Below are positions 43,614-59,329 of a stretch of DNA of 64,000 nucleotides, in pieces. The first letter of the stretch is position 1; each line of letters opens with the position of its first letter. This stretch comes from the human T2T-CHM13v2.0 reference genome, Homo sapiens: the NCBI RefSeq assembly GCF_009914755.1, contig NC_060925.1, one strand, 5' to 3'. The notes under the pieces are model-generated. The model had not been told where the DNA came from and did no database searches. It was given only the letters and a program-made list of their open reading frames with translations. A program made the position numbers and the translations under genes.

Positions 43614-44919
43614 TGTTTCCTCATTTTTAAAGGAGAATTATTAATATATTACCTCCCATGACAAGTAAGGGACTGGGCACGTGTGGGATGTGATGGCCAG
43701 GAGGTAGTTATGTGGGAGGCCCCAGGATTCTATCTTCCCCAGGGCCAGCAGAAGCTGGCTGTGGCTGGAGGCAAAGACTGAAGTGACCTCAGCTGGTCAG
43801 GCAGGACACTTGGCTACAGCCTCTGTGATATGGCTGCTGGGGAGCCATGGGCTGGCCAGAGGTCCTTGGTGGGAAAGGCTGATAGGAACAGAGGCAAGGG
43901 AGCCCATATTCCCAGGAAACTGGGCTCCTGCTCTGAACTCTATTATATAGAGATCCCCTATGCCTTCCTCCAGCCCCACCGCTCCCTACAAGGTGAGGTG
44001 TGCCCCCCTCGAGGTGAGGGGATATGCCCACCTGGGGCCCAAGCTCACCATTCTAGATCACACTTCAGGTATCTGAGATCTGGAATTCCCTGCCCCAAGG
44101 GCCCTGAGCCTGTTCCCAGGACTAGGGTCTGTCCTCCCAGTGGACTGTGCTATAGGCGTGTGCAAACCTGCACCAAGGGGTGTACAAAGGAGCTGTTTGG
44201 GGGGCAGGAAGAAATTAGCTCAGGAGCTTGGATGTGGGGGCTGGGGTCCAATGCGTGCACACAAGGACCCTTGTGGTAAGGGATGAGGCAGGTGGGAAGA
44301 GGAGGGGGAACCTGGCAGGAGGACTGCCATTTGACTTTTGTCCCAGGCTGTGATGTTAGGGGTGGGCCATCAGCTGGAGGGCCCGGTGCCAGGGGAGTCC
44401 CAGGGTGACAGTTGGAGGCTTTGATCCAATGGTGGGCAAGTCTTAACAGCAGATTTCTCAGACCATCCCTTGGAAATGCATATTCCTGATTCTTAGGAGG
44501 GATCCTGGAATTTATATGTTTAACAAGAGTGCCTTCCTTGTGCCAGAGGCCTTGCTGGGAGCTTTGTGTCCAGCATCCCATTTAATTATTACAGTAATCC
44601 TGCATGGTAGGTTCCAAGGAGGAAACTGAGGCTTGGTGAGAAGACTTGCCTAAGACCCCACACAGGTTAACGACCTCCTCGTATATACTATCTCCTTGTA
44701 TCCTCCTGCCCCGCTCTGACTCCAAAACAGCCATCTAAAACCCCAAAAAGCTCAGAAACACAATGGCACACATAGAGTTTGTGTCAGAACTCCTGAATTT
44801 CTTTTGGACAGATTCCACTTGGACCCCAGGGAAAGGATATTTAGAATTCAATCAGAAGACTGGTCCTCCTCTTTTGGAGGACAGAAGTCTTCTCAGCTGG
44901 ACAGCACCTCCAACCCTTG

Positions 44920-45500
44920 CTATACACATACAACTTCTCATCTTCCTTCCCACCCCAGACCTGCCCCTTTTCCGGCCCTGCCACCCTCCCAGTGCCCAAG
45001 CCAAGCACCTGAGCGTTCTTATCCATTGCCACATCCAATCCATAGGTCACCATTCTGCCATGTTACTTCCTTAATAGCTCCTGATTCTGTCCCCACCTTC
45101 CAGTGACTTTGCACCTGCCCTTGTTCAGGCCTTATCATCTTTCAGAAGGACCACTGGTCCTTCCAAGCCATTCCCCATATGGCAGCTAGAGTGGTCTCTG
45201 GGAAAGGAAGGGGCCACATCACACCTCTGTTCAAAACCATCCATGGCTCTTGTCCCAGGGCTCTCCTTCTAAAAGCCCAGTTCTTCTACACTCCCCAGCA
45301 ACACTCAGGGGCTTTGCAAGTCTCCCTTCCCACCTACCGACCCTCCCATACTATTTTCCACCTTTGTGCCTTTGCTGATGCTGTTCCCTCTTCACCTTGG
45401 CTTCCTCAGTAACTGCCACTTCCTAAGATTCCAGCCAGCCTCCCTTGCTGCCCTAGGCTAGGTTAGGGCCCTCCACTTCTCCCTCTTGCAACACTTGCCC
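44920..45500 (+). mobile_element. L2 fragment
   Basis: ggcagctagagtggtctct...cacatcacacctctgttcaaaacc...gcctttgctgatgctgttccctc. Confidence 0.6.
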
Positions 45501-45787
45501 CTGCAGTAGTAATAATAGGTGACACTGATGGAGTGCTAACTCCATGCATTTTTCTTTATTGGCCCATTTATTCCTCCTCATAAGCATTCTCTGAGGCAGG
45601 TTCTATGGTTACCTGCATTTTTCAGATAGGTTAACAGGTTAAGGGGAATGCTTGCAGTCACACTGTTTGGGGACTGGAACCCAGGCCAGCTGCCTCCAGA
45701 AAGCTGGCTTCTAATTCCAACATGTTGCCTCCTGCCGCAGTGAGTGGGGATTTGGGGGTCTCTGCCTCCAGGGCTAGAATGTGAGAT

Positions 45788-46200
45788 CGCGGAGGGTTGA
45801 GTGGCTTTTGCCCCACATCCTGCGGCCAGCAGCCGGCCATGGCTAGGAGAGGCGCCCGACGCCTGGCGCTCCCCGTCCGGGTCTCCGGCCGCTGCGGGGC
45901 TGTGAGGGCCCCCGGCGGTACCGGCCGGGGGTGGCCCAGCTGGGGTGGGCTTGGGGCCAGATGGGCTGCGCAGCGGCGGGGAGGCAGGGCCGGCAGGCAG
46001 GGGCCGCGCGTTGCCATGGGGACGGGGGTGGGGGCGGCAGCCCCGCCCGGGCGCAGGGGGAGCAGGTGGCGGGTCGGTGAGCAGGCTGGGGGAGGGGCCG
46101 GAAGGGGCCCGCGGGGTCGGGGCGCGCCCCCGGCTCCTCCGCCGCCTCCCAGCATAGTGACTCCGGCTGCTCCCTCCGAGATCCGGGCCCGCCGCAGAGC
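45788..46200. promoter_or_regulatory. CpG island-like promoter/enhancer with an RFX X-box
   Basis: Very high GC and CpG density; GC boxes; GTTGCCATGGGGAC at 46010-46023. Confidence 0.75.
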
Positions 46201-47309
46201 AAAGGGGTGGGGCCAGGACACTCAGGGGCCAGGACACTCAGGCTCCAGTCCCAGTTTAGGCTCTGATTCCCTGAGCATCTTGGGCAACTCACCACCTTCT
46301 AGCCTCAGTTTCCCCGACTGTGAATGGAGGGGTTGGACCAGGTTTCCAAGGACATTCCCAGCACACACTACTTTTTGTGGCTCTGGGGCTGGGCGGGGAG
46401 GACTCAGGGCTACGTAATTTTTCACCCTCTTCCCAGGTGAAGACTTTATTTTTTCAACAGATGACATCCACCGTTGTATCCTGAACCGGGGAATGTCAGT
46501 TGTAAGAGCCGGCAGTCTCTGTACCCACCACCTCCATTGTACAGATGGGGCCGCAGCAGCTCAGAGACGGTGCGGACCGTGTCGATCACACAGCGCATGA
46601 GAGGGAGGGGCGGGGTGAGAAACCCGGTTTGAACCTCACAGCACCCCACCATCACCTCCTGCCTTGGAGCCGAAACCGGGTTTGGGCATGGGGGAGGGGC
46701 AGTTGCTGTGGGAAGAAAACAAACACCCCTGCGCTCCGGTCTGCAGGCGCCAGCTGCCAAGATGGCAGGAGACTGACTGCCTGAGTGCAGACCCGAGGCA
46801 GGGGCTTCCTGTCTGCGAGGAGGCCCTGGTGGCTGTTCTCCCACTGCCCACACCCTTCTGGTCTCCATCAGTGACTGGTACAGCGCCGTGGCCCTGTTGC
46901 CAGCCTTCATAAGAGGTGTGGAGGTGGTAACCTCCCTCCACCCACCCTCACCCTAGTAAGCGGACAGCCAGGATCCCAACCAGACAGTTTTGCCCCAGTG
47001 CTGGGCCTCCTCTCTCCCCGGCCCCCCAGTTCTCAGGGGAGGCCCGGCTTTCCTGGGGAATAAAGCCCCTTTCTATTTTCTCCTCCTGGAGGACCCATTT
47101 CTGAGTTCTCAAAGCCTTGGCTATGGAGGGGGTGGTTCTGAGAGGGCTGGGCTTGCTTCTCTGCCCTCTGGCTGGAGTCGCTGGGGACAGGCTCTGCTCG
47201 GGTTCCCAGCTGAGGGTGGCGGGAGGTGGTGCTGGGGGTGGGGGATGGTAGAGGGGAGCAGGCAGAGGCAGGGTCTGTCCCTTTAAGGTACAGCTTGCTG
47301 CTGAAGCGC

Positions 47310-47640
47310 CACACACACACACAACCCCCCCCCCCACACACACACACGCCAGTCTCTCTCTTGCACACAGCCACACATACACACACACACACTCCCAGGC
47401 TCTGTTCTCTTTCCCTCTCCGTGTCACCCTCCCTCTCCACACGCACACAACACACACACACACACACTCCCAGGCTCTGTTCTCTTTCCCTCTCCCTGTC
47501 ACCCTCTCTTTCCACATGCACACAACACGCGCACACACACACACACACACACACACTCTCTCAGGCTCTGTTCTCTTTTCCTCTCCCTCTCTCCACACAG
47601 GATATACGCACTCAGCCACACACACAGAAGCATCCACACT
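47310..47640. repeat. Compound minisatellite: three copies of caggctctgttctcttt units with embedded (CA)n
   Basis: Units start at about 47392, 47467 and 47558. Confidence 0.88.
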
Positions 47641-48171
47641 TTTCTCCCTCTCCCTCTCCCTCTCTCCCCAAGGTCTAGTTTTGAAAAATATAGGCAAGGG
47701 GAGGAAGAGCAGGGGCAAGGAGTTCTGACCTAGAAAATGGGCCCTGCCTCCTTCTGTCCCTCCCAGGCCCGGGAAAGGGGGCTTATTTTTCCATTTGGTT
47801 TCACTGCCCTGGGTCAAGGCTGCAGGAAGAAATGGAGCCCCCCATGCAGAAGGTGGGGGTCACGCTCCTGGAGAGGGAGGGAAGGGGCTGCTGGGCTATG
47901 GGCCTAGCCTGTTGGACACAAACCCAGGAATCAGGGAGGAGCCTCCCCCTTCCTTCCCTACTCATGCAACATGGGGCTTGCTTCTAGCACAGAGGAGGAA
48001 GCAGGTTTAGGGACAAAGTAACCAGGGTAGCTTAGCCACAGAGGGATGGACCAGTTGACCTTTTGACTTGACTTATGATGAAGGGGCCCTTGACCCTTCT
48101 TAAGTCATCTTACACCTAGAGTCAAATCCTGGACTAGAATTCTTCCCAAACCCCTGGGATAAGTCCTTCCT

Positions 48172-48313
48172 TCTTTTTTTATTTTTATCTTTTAGAGACA
48201 GGGTCTCGCTATGTTGTCCGGGCTGGCCTTGAACTCCTGGGCTTAAGCAGCAGTCTCCCTGCCTCAGCCTCCTGAGTAGCTGGTACTACAGGTACAGCAC
48301 CACCAAACCTAGC
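48172..48313 (-). mobile_element. Alu monomer (FLAM/FAM-like)
   Basis: TSD tcct(t/c)ccttcttttt. Confidence 0.75.
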
Positions 48314-49229
48314 TCCTCCCTTCTTTTTAACGAACATTCTTGCTGTGGTTCCCTGTAGGGGCTGGGAGTGTACTCTCTGTGTGACTCTCAGCCTCCTCAT
48401 TTCAATTTCCTCTGACCATGGTTTATTTCCTAAGCCTCGTGGCCGACTCAATGGGGAACTCCTACTAATGCTTCAAAGCCCAACTCAAAAGTGCCCTGGA
48501 AGTAGAGAGCTTTTCCTGCTTCAGCCCCTTGGGCAGAATGAGTTCCTGTTTCCTGAAGGCATCTGGGCTTTCTGTGCGTTCTGTAGCTCAAACGTTTGCA
48601 TAGTTTAATAAGCAGGTGTGTACCGGACCAGTGGATGTGGTTATTCTCACAGTATCTAGTTTATCTATCAGACCCTTTCTATCTCTGTCGGGGGGATTAA
48701 GATCACTACTTAGCACACAGGAATGCTCTGGCTCAGCTAAATCAGCTAAAGACTCGGGTGAACAGTGAAACAGGATCTGAACCCACTTCTACCTGGTGTT
48801 AGATCCGGCCTTTCCCTTGCCTCTTGAAATTCTTCATAAGCACCTTCATCTACAGGGGACTTAATGGAGGAAGAAGAAAGATCGGATGGGAACTGATAGC
48901 ACCACAGTGCCCACTAACTAACATGTCCCCTCGCCCTCTTCAATTCAGCAGAGCTTTTTTCTGCTTTGAAGCCTGATGAGAGCTGCTCTCCACTCTAGGG
49001 GCGTGGAAGTCCCAGATTCTCTCCTTAGGGCCTCCCAGAATCAAATGAATGAGGTTGATAATGGCCTAAGACCAGCCATCCCAGCTTGGGGCTCCTTCCT
49101 CATCTCCATTTCACAGGAGGTGTGGCCAAGGTGTTGTAACTGGCACTGAAGTTTGCTAAGGGAAATTCCATGGCAAATAGAATTGATCCCATCAGTAAAT
49201 GCCCAGGGAGACACCTACCTTCTCCTGTT

Positions 49230-49539
49230 ATTTTATTTTATTTTATTTATTTATTTTTTGAGACAGAGTCTTGCTCTGCTGCCCAGGCTGGAGTGCAGTG
49301 GCGTGATCTTGGCTCACTGCAAGCTCCACCTCCTGGGTTCACGCCATTCTCCTGCCTCAGCCTCCTGAGTAGCTGGGGCTACAGGTGCCCGCCACTATGC
49401 CCGGCTAATTTTTTGTGTTTTTAGTAGAGACGGGGTTTCACCATGTTAGCCAGGATGGTCTTGATCTCCCGACCTCATGATCCACCCGCCTTGGCCTCCC
49501 AAAGTGCTGGGATTACAGGCGTGAGCCACCATGTCCGGC
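49230..49539 (-). mobile_element. AluY
   Basis: Y diagnostics; TSD tctcc(t/c)gtt. Confidence 0.92.
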
Positions 49540-49659
49540 ATCTCCCGTTTTTTAAAAAAGATAAACAGCACCTAGACTCTTAGGCAGTTTCCTAGAAAAA
49601 TAGTGATGTTAAAACTGAAGAGTCATAGGCGCTTAGGATCCCACCTAGGACTTCCCCAA

Positions 49660-50430
<771 letters not shown>

Positions 50431-51955
50431 CCTCAGCCTAAGCCCTTTGGTCCAGAGAGAGGAGAAGTACCCAAGGCCGTTCATCAAAGGAGGAGCCAAC
50501 TCAGGAATGTCTGACAGAGGGTGGGTCCAGCAGAGAGCTGAGGGGCCTGGCACTGGGAGCAAGCACTGGGCTGTGCGTCACCGAGTGCCAGCTCTGCTTT
50601 CCTACATAGATGTCCTTGAACAAGTCCCAACATCCCTCAGAGTCGCAGCTGTAGGGTAGGATGAGCTGTTGTTCTTGAGAACTCCTCCAGGCCAAGCTCC
50701 AGTTCTGTGTTACTTGATTACTCCTGAGGAGATAGGAACCCCTCCAGACCTCCCTATAGCTGGCAGGGCAGAGTCCTGACTCCCTTGCAAGACACACAAG
50801 CCCATCCCCATCCCACACCGGACTCTGCCATGGTCTGGCCCCTGCCTACTCCTCCAGCATGAACGCTTTCAATCCAGCACGGCAATCTGGTGAGCACGGT
50901 GCCTAGAACATCACAGGCATGCCATCACCATTCGGGGGAATGAATCAATCAATGAATACTTTGCTACATGCTCCATGCTGCCTGGTCTCTGCATCAGCTG
51001 TTCCCTTTGCTTGGAATGCCCTTTCTCCCTTTCTTGGTCTCCAAGCTGTTATTCATCTCTTAAAACCCTGCTTAGATGCACCCTTCTTCTAAGAAGCTTT
51101 CCCTGAAATTTCCCAGAAGAGCTAATCACCCATTAATTCAACAAATATCTGTTGAGTGCTTATCATATGCCAGGCATGATGCTAGGTGCTGAGGAGACAA
51201 GAGTGAGCAGGACAGACAACAAGAGTTCTTCTCTCTTCAAGCTTCTATTCTCGAAGCTTCCCAGCATCCAGCTCTGGTGGCACCGTAGCAGTTATTTGTG
51301 CTCCTAGATTGTACAGGAGCTCCCAGCTTCAGAAAACTTGGTGCCCCAGCGCATGGCCCTCAGTTTGACAAGCTGGGTTGCATTGTCAACCACCAGACAG
51401 CCTTCCCCACCCCCAGAACTGGGATTTATGGAGCAATGTGAGCAGGAGCAGAAGCAGTGCCGGCCACCATTTGCTGAGCCCCTGAGAGCCCACTGTGTGC
51501 CAGGAACCTGACCTACATTCTCCACCGCCCTGACAGTACACTGTAAGTCGGTGACCGTGAACTGGGACTCCACCCTGGCTCTGCAGGCCACACTTCTTCC
51601 CAGCGGCCCCCCAGCCCTATGGGAGCCTCTTCCCAAGGCTGAGGCCAGATTCCAGGAGCCTCCTCATTTTTAGTCCTGCTCTGTGAACCCCCATCCCCCC
51701 AGCACTGGCCTGGCTTCCTGGAATTTGTCCTCCTAATTGAAACCAAACACCGGGGCTCCTCAAGGGCTGTGCCCCAGAGGCCCGGTGGGTTTCTCTTTTC
51801 CTCCCTCCTCCCTTCCCCAGCTGGGGGTGGGGTGCTCAACCATAGGCAGCATGTGGGGAGGGGCACTTCCCCTGCAGAGTGTGGCGTGAGGCACACTCCC
51901 TGCCTCTGGGTTCTGAGTTAATCTCTGCCTTCTCACAGGCTGAAGAACTAGAGAC

Positions 51956-52210
51956 TAAGCTTGTCCAACCCGTGGCCCATGGACCACATGTGGTCCAGGG
52001 CAGCTTTGAATACAGCCCAACATAAATTTGTAAACTTTTTAAAAACATTATGAGATTTATTTTTGCATTTATGTATTTATGTATGTATATATTTATTTAT
52101 TTTTGTAGCTCATCAGCTGTCATTAGTGTTAATGTATTTTATGTGTGGCCCAAGACAATTATTATTCTTCCAGTGTGGCCCAGGGAAGCCAAAAGATTAG
52201 ACAACCCCAG
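51956..52210 (-). mobile_element. MER30 (hAT-Charlie MITE)
   Basis: aagcttgtccaacccgtggccc...gtgtggcccagggaagccaaaagattagacaacccc. Confidence 0.85.
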
Positions 52211-53185
52211 TATAGATGAAGGGCAAGGCAGCAAAGGAGGGGAAGAGAGTGGGAGTGGTCTGGTCAACCAGGATCGCCCTAGAAAACCTAGGACTGGCCC
52301 TGTCTCAGGCTGAAGGCCTGGGAACTGGAGGATGGATTTGTGAAGGTCCATTCCCCTGAGACGGACTGTGTGAGCTTGGGCAAGTCACTTCACTTCCCTG
52401 AGCCTCAGGTACAAAAATGGGGATACGTGGAATCTATCTCACAGGATTATAGAGAAGTTTAAACAAGATAACCCACATAAGTGTCATGTGGTCTGTGGTT
52501 GGTGCTCAAAAAAGGAAACCCAGCCACCATCACTCTTACCCACAGAAAAATGGGTCAGTAACCTTGGCAGAAGGGTCTGTAACATTGGAGTTGTGGAAGG
52601 ACCTACTTGGAAAAGACACTCAGGGCCAATAAATGTTTGTTGAATGAAGAAATTCACTCAACTTTCAATAAACATTTACTGAGCTGAGGGTCTCTTCTGC
52701 TCCAAGCCCTGGGACACAGCATGAGGAAGCAAGGCAGGCGTTGCCCTCAAGGCCGAGTCTGGGCAGGGAGGGGCGGATGGACACACCCTTTAAAGGCGGT
52801 GGCAACTCAGACTGATCAGTGCTGTGGCAGGGAAGTAGAGGGGGTTGGGGGGCTCCCAGGAGGGCCTGACCAGGCTGGGCAGAGACAGGGTGGTCAAGGA
52901 CAGCCTTCCAGAGAAAGTGATGGGGTGACAGTTGAGCCTGACCTTCCCTGATGCACTCACTTCAACCAGTACTTGTCATTCTGTGCCACTTGGACTCAGG
53001 TACTGCCTGAGGCATTCAACTATGCTAGGAAGGCTGAACTGACCAGCATGGGAAGGAGGTAGCTGCCCACCCTTCCCTCCCCCGCCCCACCCGTGCCTCC
53101 AACACTCTTGTTTCTCACCATGCCATCAATGCTCCTCTCACGCGGCAACCATTACACCTACTTGTTTGCATGTCTGTGCTGCTCA

Positions 53186-54955
<1,770 letters not shown>

Positions 54956-55029
54956 CTCTAGAAAATGGGCTCTTCTTGGTCAGGGACTCTATTTTTCATC
55001 TCTCTCTTTAGTGACTAGAAGGGTGTCCT

Positions 55030-55660
55030 AGGTAGAGGACACAGCATTTGCAGAAACAGAGGCATGAAAGAACAGAGAATATTCAGGGAACAACACGCTG
55101 TTTGGTGTGGCCGGCGTGTAAGGTAAATCGGTGGGGAGAAGTGAGCTGTGGGGCTGCATATGTGCCTGGAGCCAGGTGAAGAAAGGCCAAAGGAATTTGG
55201 ACTTCGGTTATGTGGGCAACTCAGGTCATCGTTTATTTATAAGCAGAGGCATGTTGCATTCAGGTTAAGGCTTCAGAAAGAGACTTCTGGTAGGCAGCCT
55301 GGAGGGTAATTTGGAAGGGATAGTGAGGAGGCAAGGGGACCGGCTAGAAAGCTGATGTAACAATATACGTAGGTGAGGAGTGATGAGGCAGCGGGGAATG
55401 CCTGGAGAGGGAGTAAGAAGGCAGAACCTCAGGACTTGGAGACTGGCTGCCTGGAGGTGGAGTGGAGTCAAGAATAACTCCCAAGTTTCTAGCTCGTGGT
55501 GCCAGTTTTCCGAGCCAGGACACATAGGAGGAAGGGGAGGAGGAGCAGGTCTGATGAGGACATGAAGAGTTCCATCTTGGTAAATGCCGACTTTGAGATA
55601 TTAGCAAGACATCTTGGTGGATACCAGCAGCAGTGGTTAGGATAGACTGTGCTAGAGTTC
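55030..55660 (-). mobile_element. L2 fragment
   Basis: ggaatttggactt...gagtggagtcaagaataactcccaagtttctagc. Confidence 0.65.
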
Positions 55661-56065
55661 ATAGACGGTAAGGGAGCTCTCTGTCACTTGTGGTATTCAA
55701 GCAGGGGCTGGACACACACTAGCCTGGGATGTTGTAGAGGGCCTTTGTGTATCTCAGGTGAGCTGGGCCCCGTGATTTCTCAGCCTGGACAGTTTCTGAC
55801 CCTAAGGTTTTGCTGCATGTGTGTGTGGGATGCTCTCTATCAGAGCTTGAGCATGTCTATAATTTGGAGACCTCTGTGGTCTAGAGGTGGTTTGTTTTTT
55901 TGGACCTTAGCTCACAACTGGAACAGGCATGACGGCTGCACGGGGGCAGAGGCTCCACCTCAACCGGCCACAAGGCACAATCGCCCCACGGTCCTGTTGG
56001 ACACATATCTAAGAACCACAGAACATGAGAGATCCTTGATCTTCAAATAGCCTTCCTCCACCCCA

Positions 56066-56362
56066 TTTTTTTTTTTTTTTTTTTTTTTGAGACGGAGTCT
56101 CACTCTGTGGCCCAGGCTGGAGTGCAGTGGCGCAGTCTTGGCTCACTGCAAGCTCCGCCTCCTGGGTTCACGCCATTCTCAGCCTCCCAAGTTGCTGGGA
56201 CTACAGGTGCCCGCCACCATGCCCCGCTAATTTTTTGTATTTTTAGTAGAGACGGTGTTTCACCATGTTAGCCAGGATGGTCTCGATCTCCTGACCTCAT
56301 GATCCGCCCACCTCGGCCTCCCAAAGTGCTGGGATTACAGGCGTGAGCCACTGCGCCCAGCC
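56066..56362 (-). mobile_element. AluY
   Basis: TSD ttcctccacccca; Y diagnostics. Confidence 0.93.
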
Positions 56363-57077
56363 TTCCTCCACCCCAGTTTGATTTGTGGGCAGACTGAGGT
56401 CCTTGCTCAAGGTCACAGAACAGGGCATGGCTTCTCTGAGAGGTGGGTTCATGCTAGATCCTGGTACCATCCTCACACCCCAGGGACCTCTAGTGTCTGC
56501 CTCTCCTTAGCACAAGAGATGTTCTTTAACACACATGGAAAGAGATCTTAATTCTTTTTAATTAGGAGGATACAAAGGGAGAAGTCAGGAGACTGCCCCC
56601 ACCCACGGTTGGGAGACTAAGTGCTCCCCAGATTACACAGCAGATGCCAGGGCTCCAGCAACAAGACCCAGCTTGATAGCTTTGTGGTAACCACAGCCAG
56701 CACAATTTTATTTTATGTTTTAACTCCTCAGTGATATATAGACCTCTCACAGGCAGGAGAAATGGCATCCAGAACTTCTCCCTTTAAAAAAAAATTATTT
56801 TTGAACTTGCGCAACACACGCCCAGTTTAATTAACCCTTTTGTCAGGAAGCTTGGTCTGCCCCAGGCAGTGTGAGAAAACTGTTTCTGCTCTGTGCGGTG
56901 GGAGTAGTACAAAAAACGTGTGCCAGCTTGGGCACTGCCTTGACCTGGGACCCGTGGCTGCCCCCGAGCCTCTGCACCCTCTGGGTCTTCACTGGACAAA
57001 TCACTCTATGGGCAGTTTTATGTGCCTCCTCTGGGGTCTCTATTTTTTTCTGCTTTTAAAATTTCAGCCTCAGTTGC

Positions 57078-57136
57078 ACCACTGGCACCCCAGCCTGGGT
57101 GACAGAGTGAGACTCTGTCTCAAAAAAAAAAAAAAA
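57078..57136 (+). mobile_element. Severely 5'-truncated Alu
   Basis: Last ~45 bp of an Alu plus poly-A; flanks aaaatttcagcctc / aaaaggtcagcctc. Confidence 0.8.
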
Positions 57137-57203
57137 GGTCAGCCTCCGGTGCCGGAGTGCCTGTTCTATAGGAGACTCTGCATCGCATCTCTGCACCCCT
57201 TAA

Positions 57204-57620
<417 letters not shown>

Positions 57621-59329
57621 TGATCCCTTCCCACTCCCTCATCTGCATGTACTAAAGGGACTGAGGAGCCCCCACCCCACCACACCCCACCTCACCATCT
57701 CTGTGTCCATTCCTCCCTGGCCACACTAACTCTGCTTAACGTTGCTGGTATTACTGCACCTCTCTCTGCCCTCTGGTCTCTTTGCTTTTTAACACTCAGC
57801 TCTGTTCTGTCACTTCTTTGGCCAGAAAGCTTCAGGTCCCCCACTCCCCAAATTGTCTGAGGGATAAAAAGCCCCAGCTTCTGCCCCTCCTAGGCCTGGG
57901 TCCCAAGACCTAGCCTATTCCTAACCCCTTTATGTTTTCCACACTCCATTCATTCAATGTGCAAATATTTGTTGAGCCCTTACTATGTGCCAGGAATTAT
58001 GTTGGGCATTCAGGAGATTGTTGATGCACAAATGCACAGAAACCAAGTGTGTTTTGAGAGCTCAGGGGTTCAGGGGCTCTGAGGAGGGGCACCGAATTGA
58101 GAGAGGGACTGGGCTGCCGCCAGCTCTCTTCTCACTGGTTTCCTGTTTACCATTAGCGGCTGCCCATCCCTCCTTAGCGCACAAATGCCCAAGTGAACCT
58201 TGGTATGTTTTCAGACCCGCAGCTCAATCACAAGCATGAAGCAGGCGAATTGAAATCCATCTTTAGCTGCCTTGAAAACCTGCACAGGACCCCCTTTAGA
58301 TTCTCCCTGCCCACGCTCTCCCCAAGTTCTGTCTTCCTCTCCCCGTTTTGAGGACATATGGCCCCTTGAAGTTTTTGTTTGCTTGCAGTAGGGGAAAAAC
58401 AGCTTTAAGTGTAGAGGGTTTTTCCTTTTTTTTTTTTTTATTAAGCATCAAGAGACACAGCAATCTGCTTGGAGATAGTGTACGTGCATAATTAATAAAA
58501 TCGCATTATTTATTTATAAAGAGACACACGAGGAACGGGAGAATTAGGGCTATCCCCATTATATATGAAGAGAGGGAGAGAGAGTGGAGAGGCAAAAATA
58601 CTTTTTGAACATTAGATCCTTTCAGAGAAGTGTCTTTTAATATGCAGTGAATAAAACGGCCTGTACTCCTCATGGAAGTGGTGCCCTGTGCCCAGAAGGC
58701 ATCAGAAAGCAGAAACCTGGTTCAGGGGCTTAAAAAAGGAACGGGATCGATGTGGCGCTCGCAGTGCCCAGCATGCCGGCGTTGGGTAGTTGGCAGGAGA
58801 GCAAGAGAGAGAGGAGGCGCGGTTGAGGGTTTGGCCGCTGGGAAAGAGGATTGAGAGCCAGTCCGGGGTTTCCAAAAGAGAGGGACTTGGGGCACAGAAT
58901 CTCTGGCAGGTGGGGGAGAAACGGCTACCGTCACCCCACTGGGCACCGCATGAATAACCCAGATGCCGGCGAAGGGGAGCCCCTGGTTTCGATGAGCCCA
59001 CTGCAAGCCAGATCCCATGAACTTGGTGGTGAGGGGGTTTTAGATAGCAGCTTTGCCCTTGGACCTCTGCATCCCGGATGCCCGGGCAAGACCGCCAATA
59101 TCAATAACCCAACTTATTATATAACAGCCTCGGAGACCGGGAAGCAGGGGTCAGGTCCTCCCAAGCTTCTAGAGCTGTCGGTGGACCTTCTCTCTCCTTG
59201 TCTCTCTCCCTCTGATTTTTCTTGAGACAAGCTTTAAAATGGAAAACAGGCTTGTGCAGGAACCAAACACACAGACAGGGGGTGGTTTGTAGGGATTTTT
59301 CCCCCCACCTCCCTCGAGGACAAGCAACT

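Noticed and set aside
45578-46417. 150-219 aa Pro/Ala/Gly/Arg-rich ORFs on both strands
   Set aside because: Expected in GC-rich islands; no recognisable domain, and several frames are open at once
47392-47600. Repeat-spacer pattern as a CRISPR-like array
   Set aside because: Human DNA; the spacers are (CA)n, and there are no cas genes
46948-47817. 289-aa ORF with CVCV repeats
   Set aside because: Translation of the CA/TG minisatellite
48056-48069. Nuclear-receptor DR2-like TGACCTttTGACTT
   Set aside because: A single imperfect motif without supporting context; could be chance
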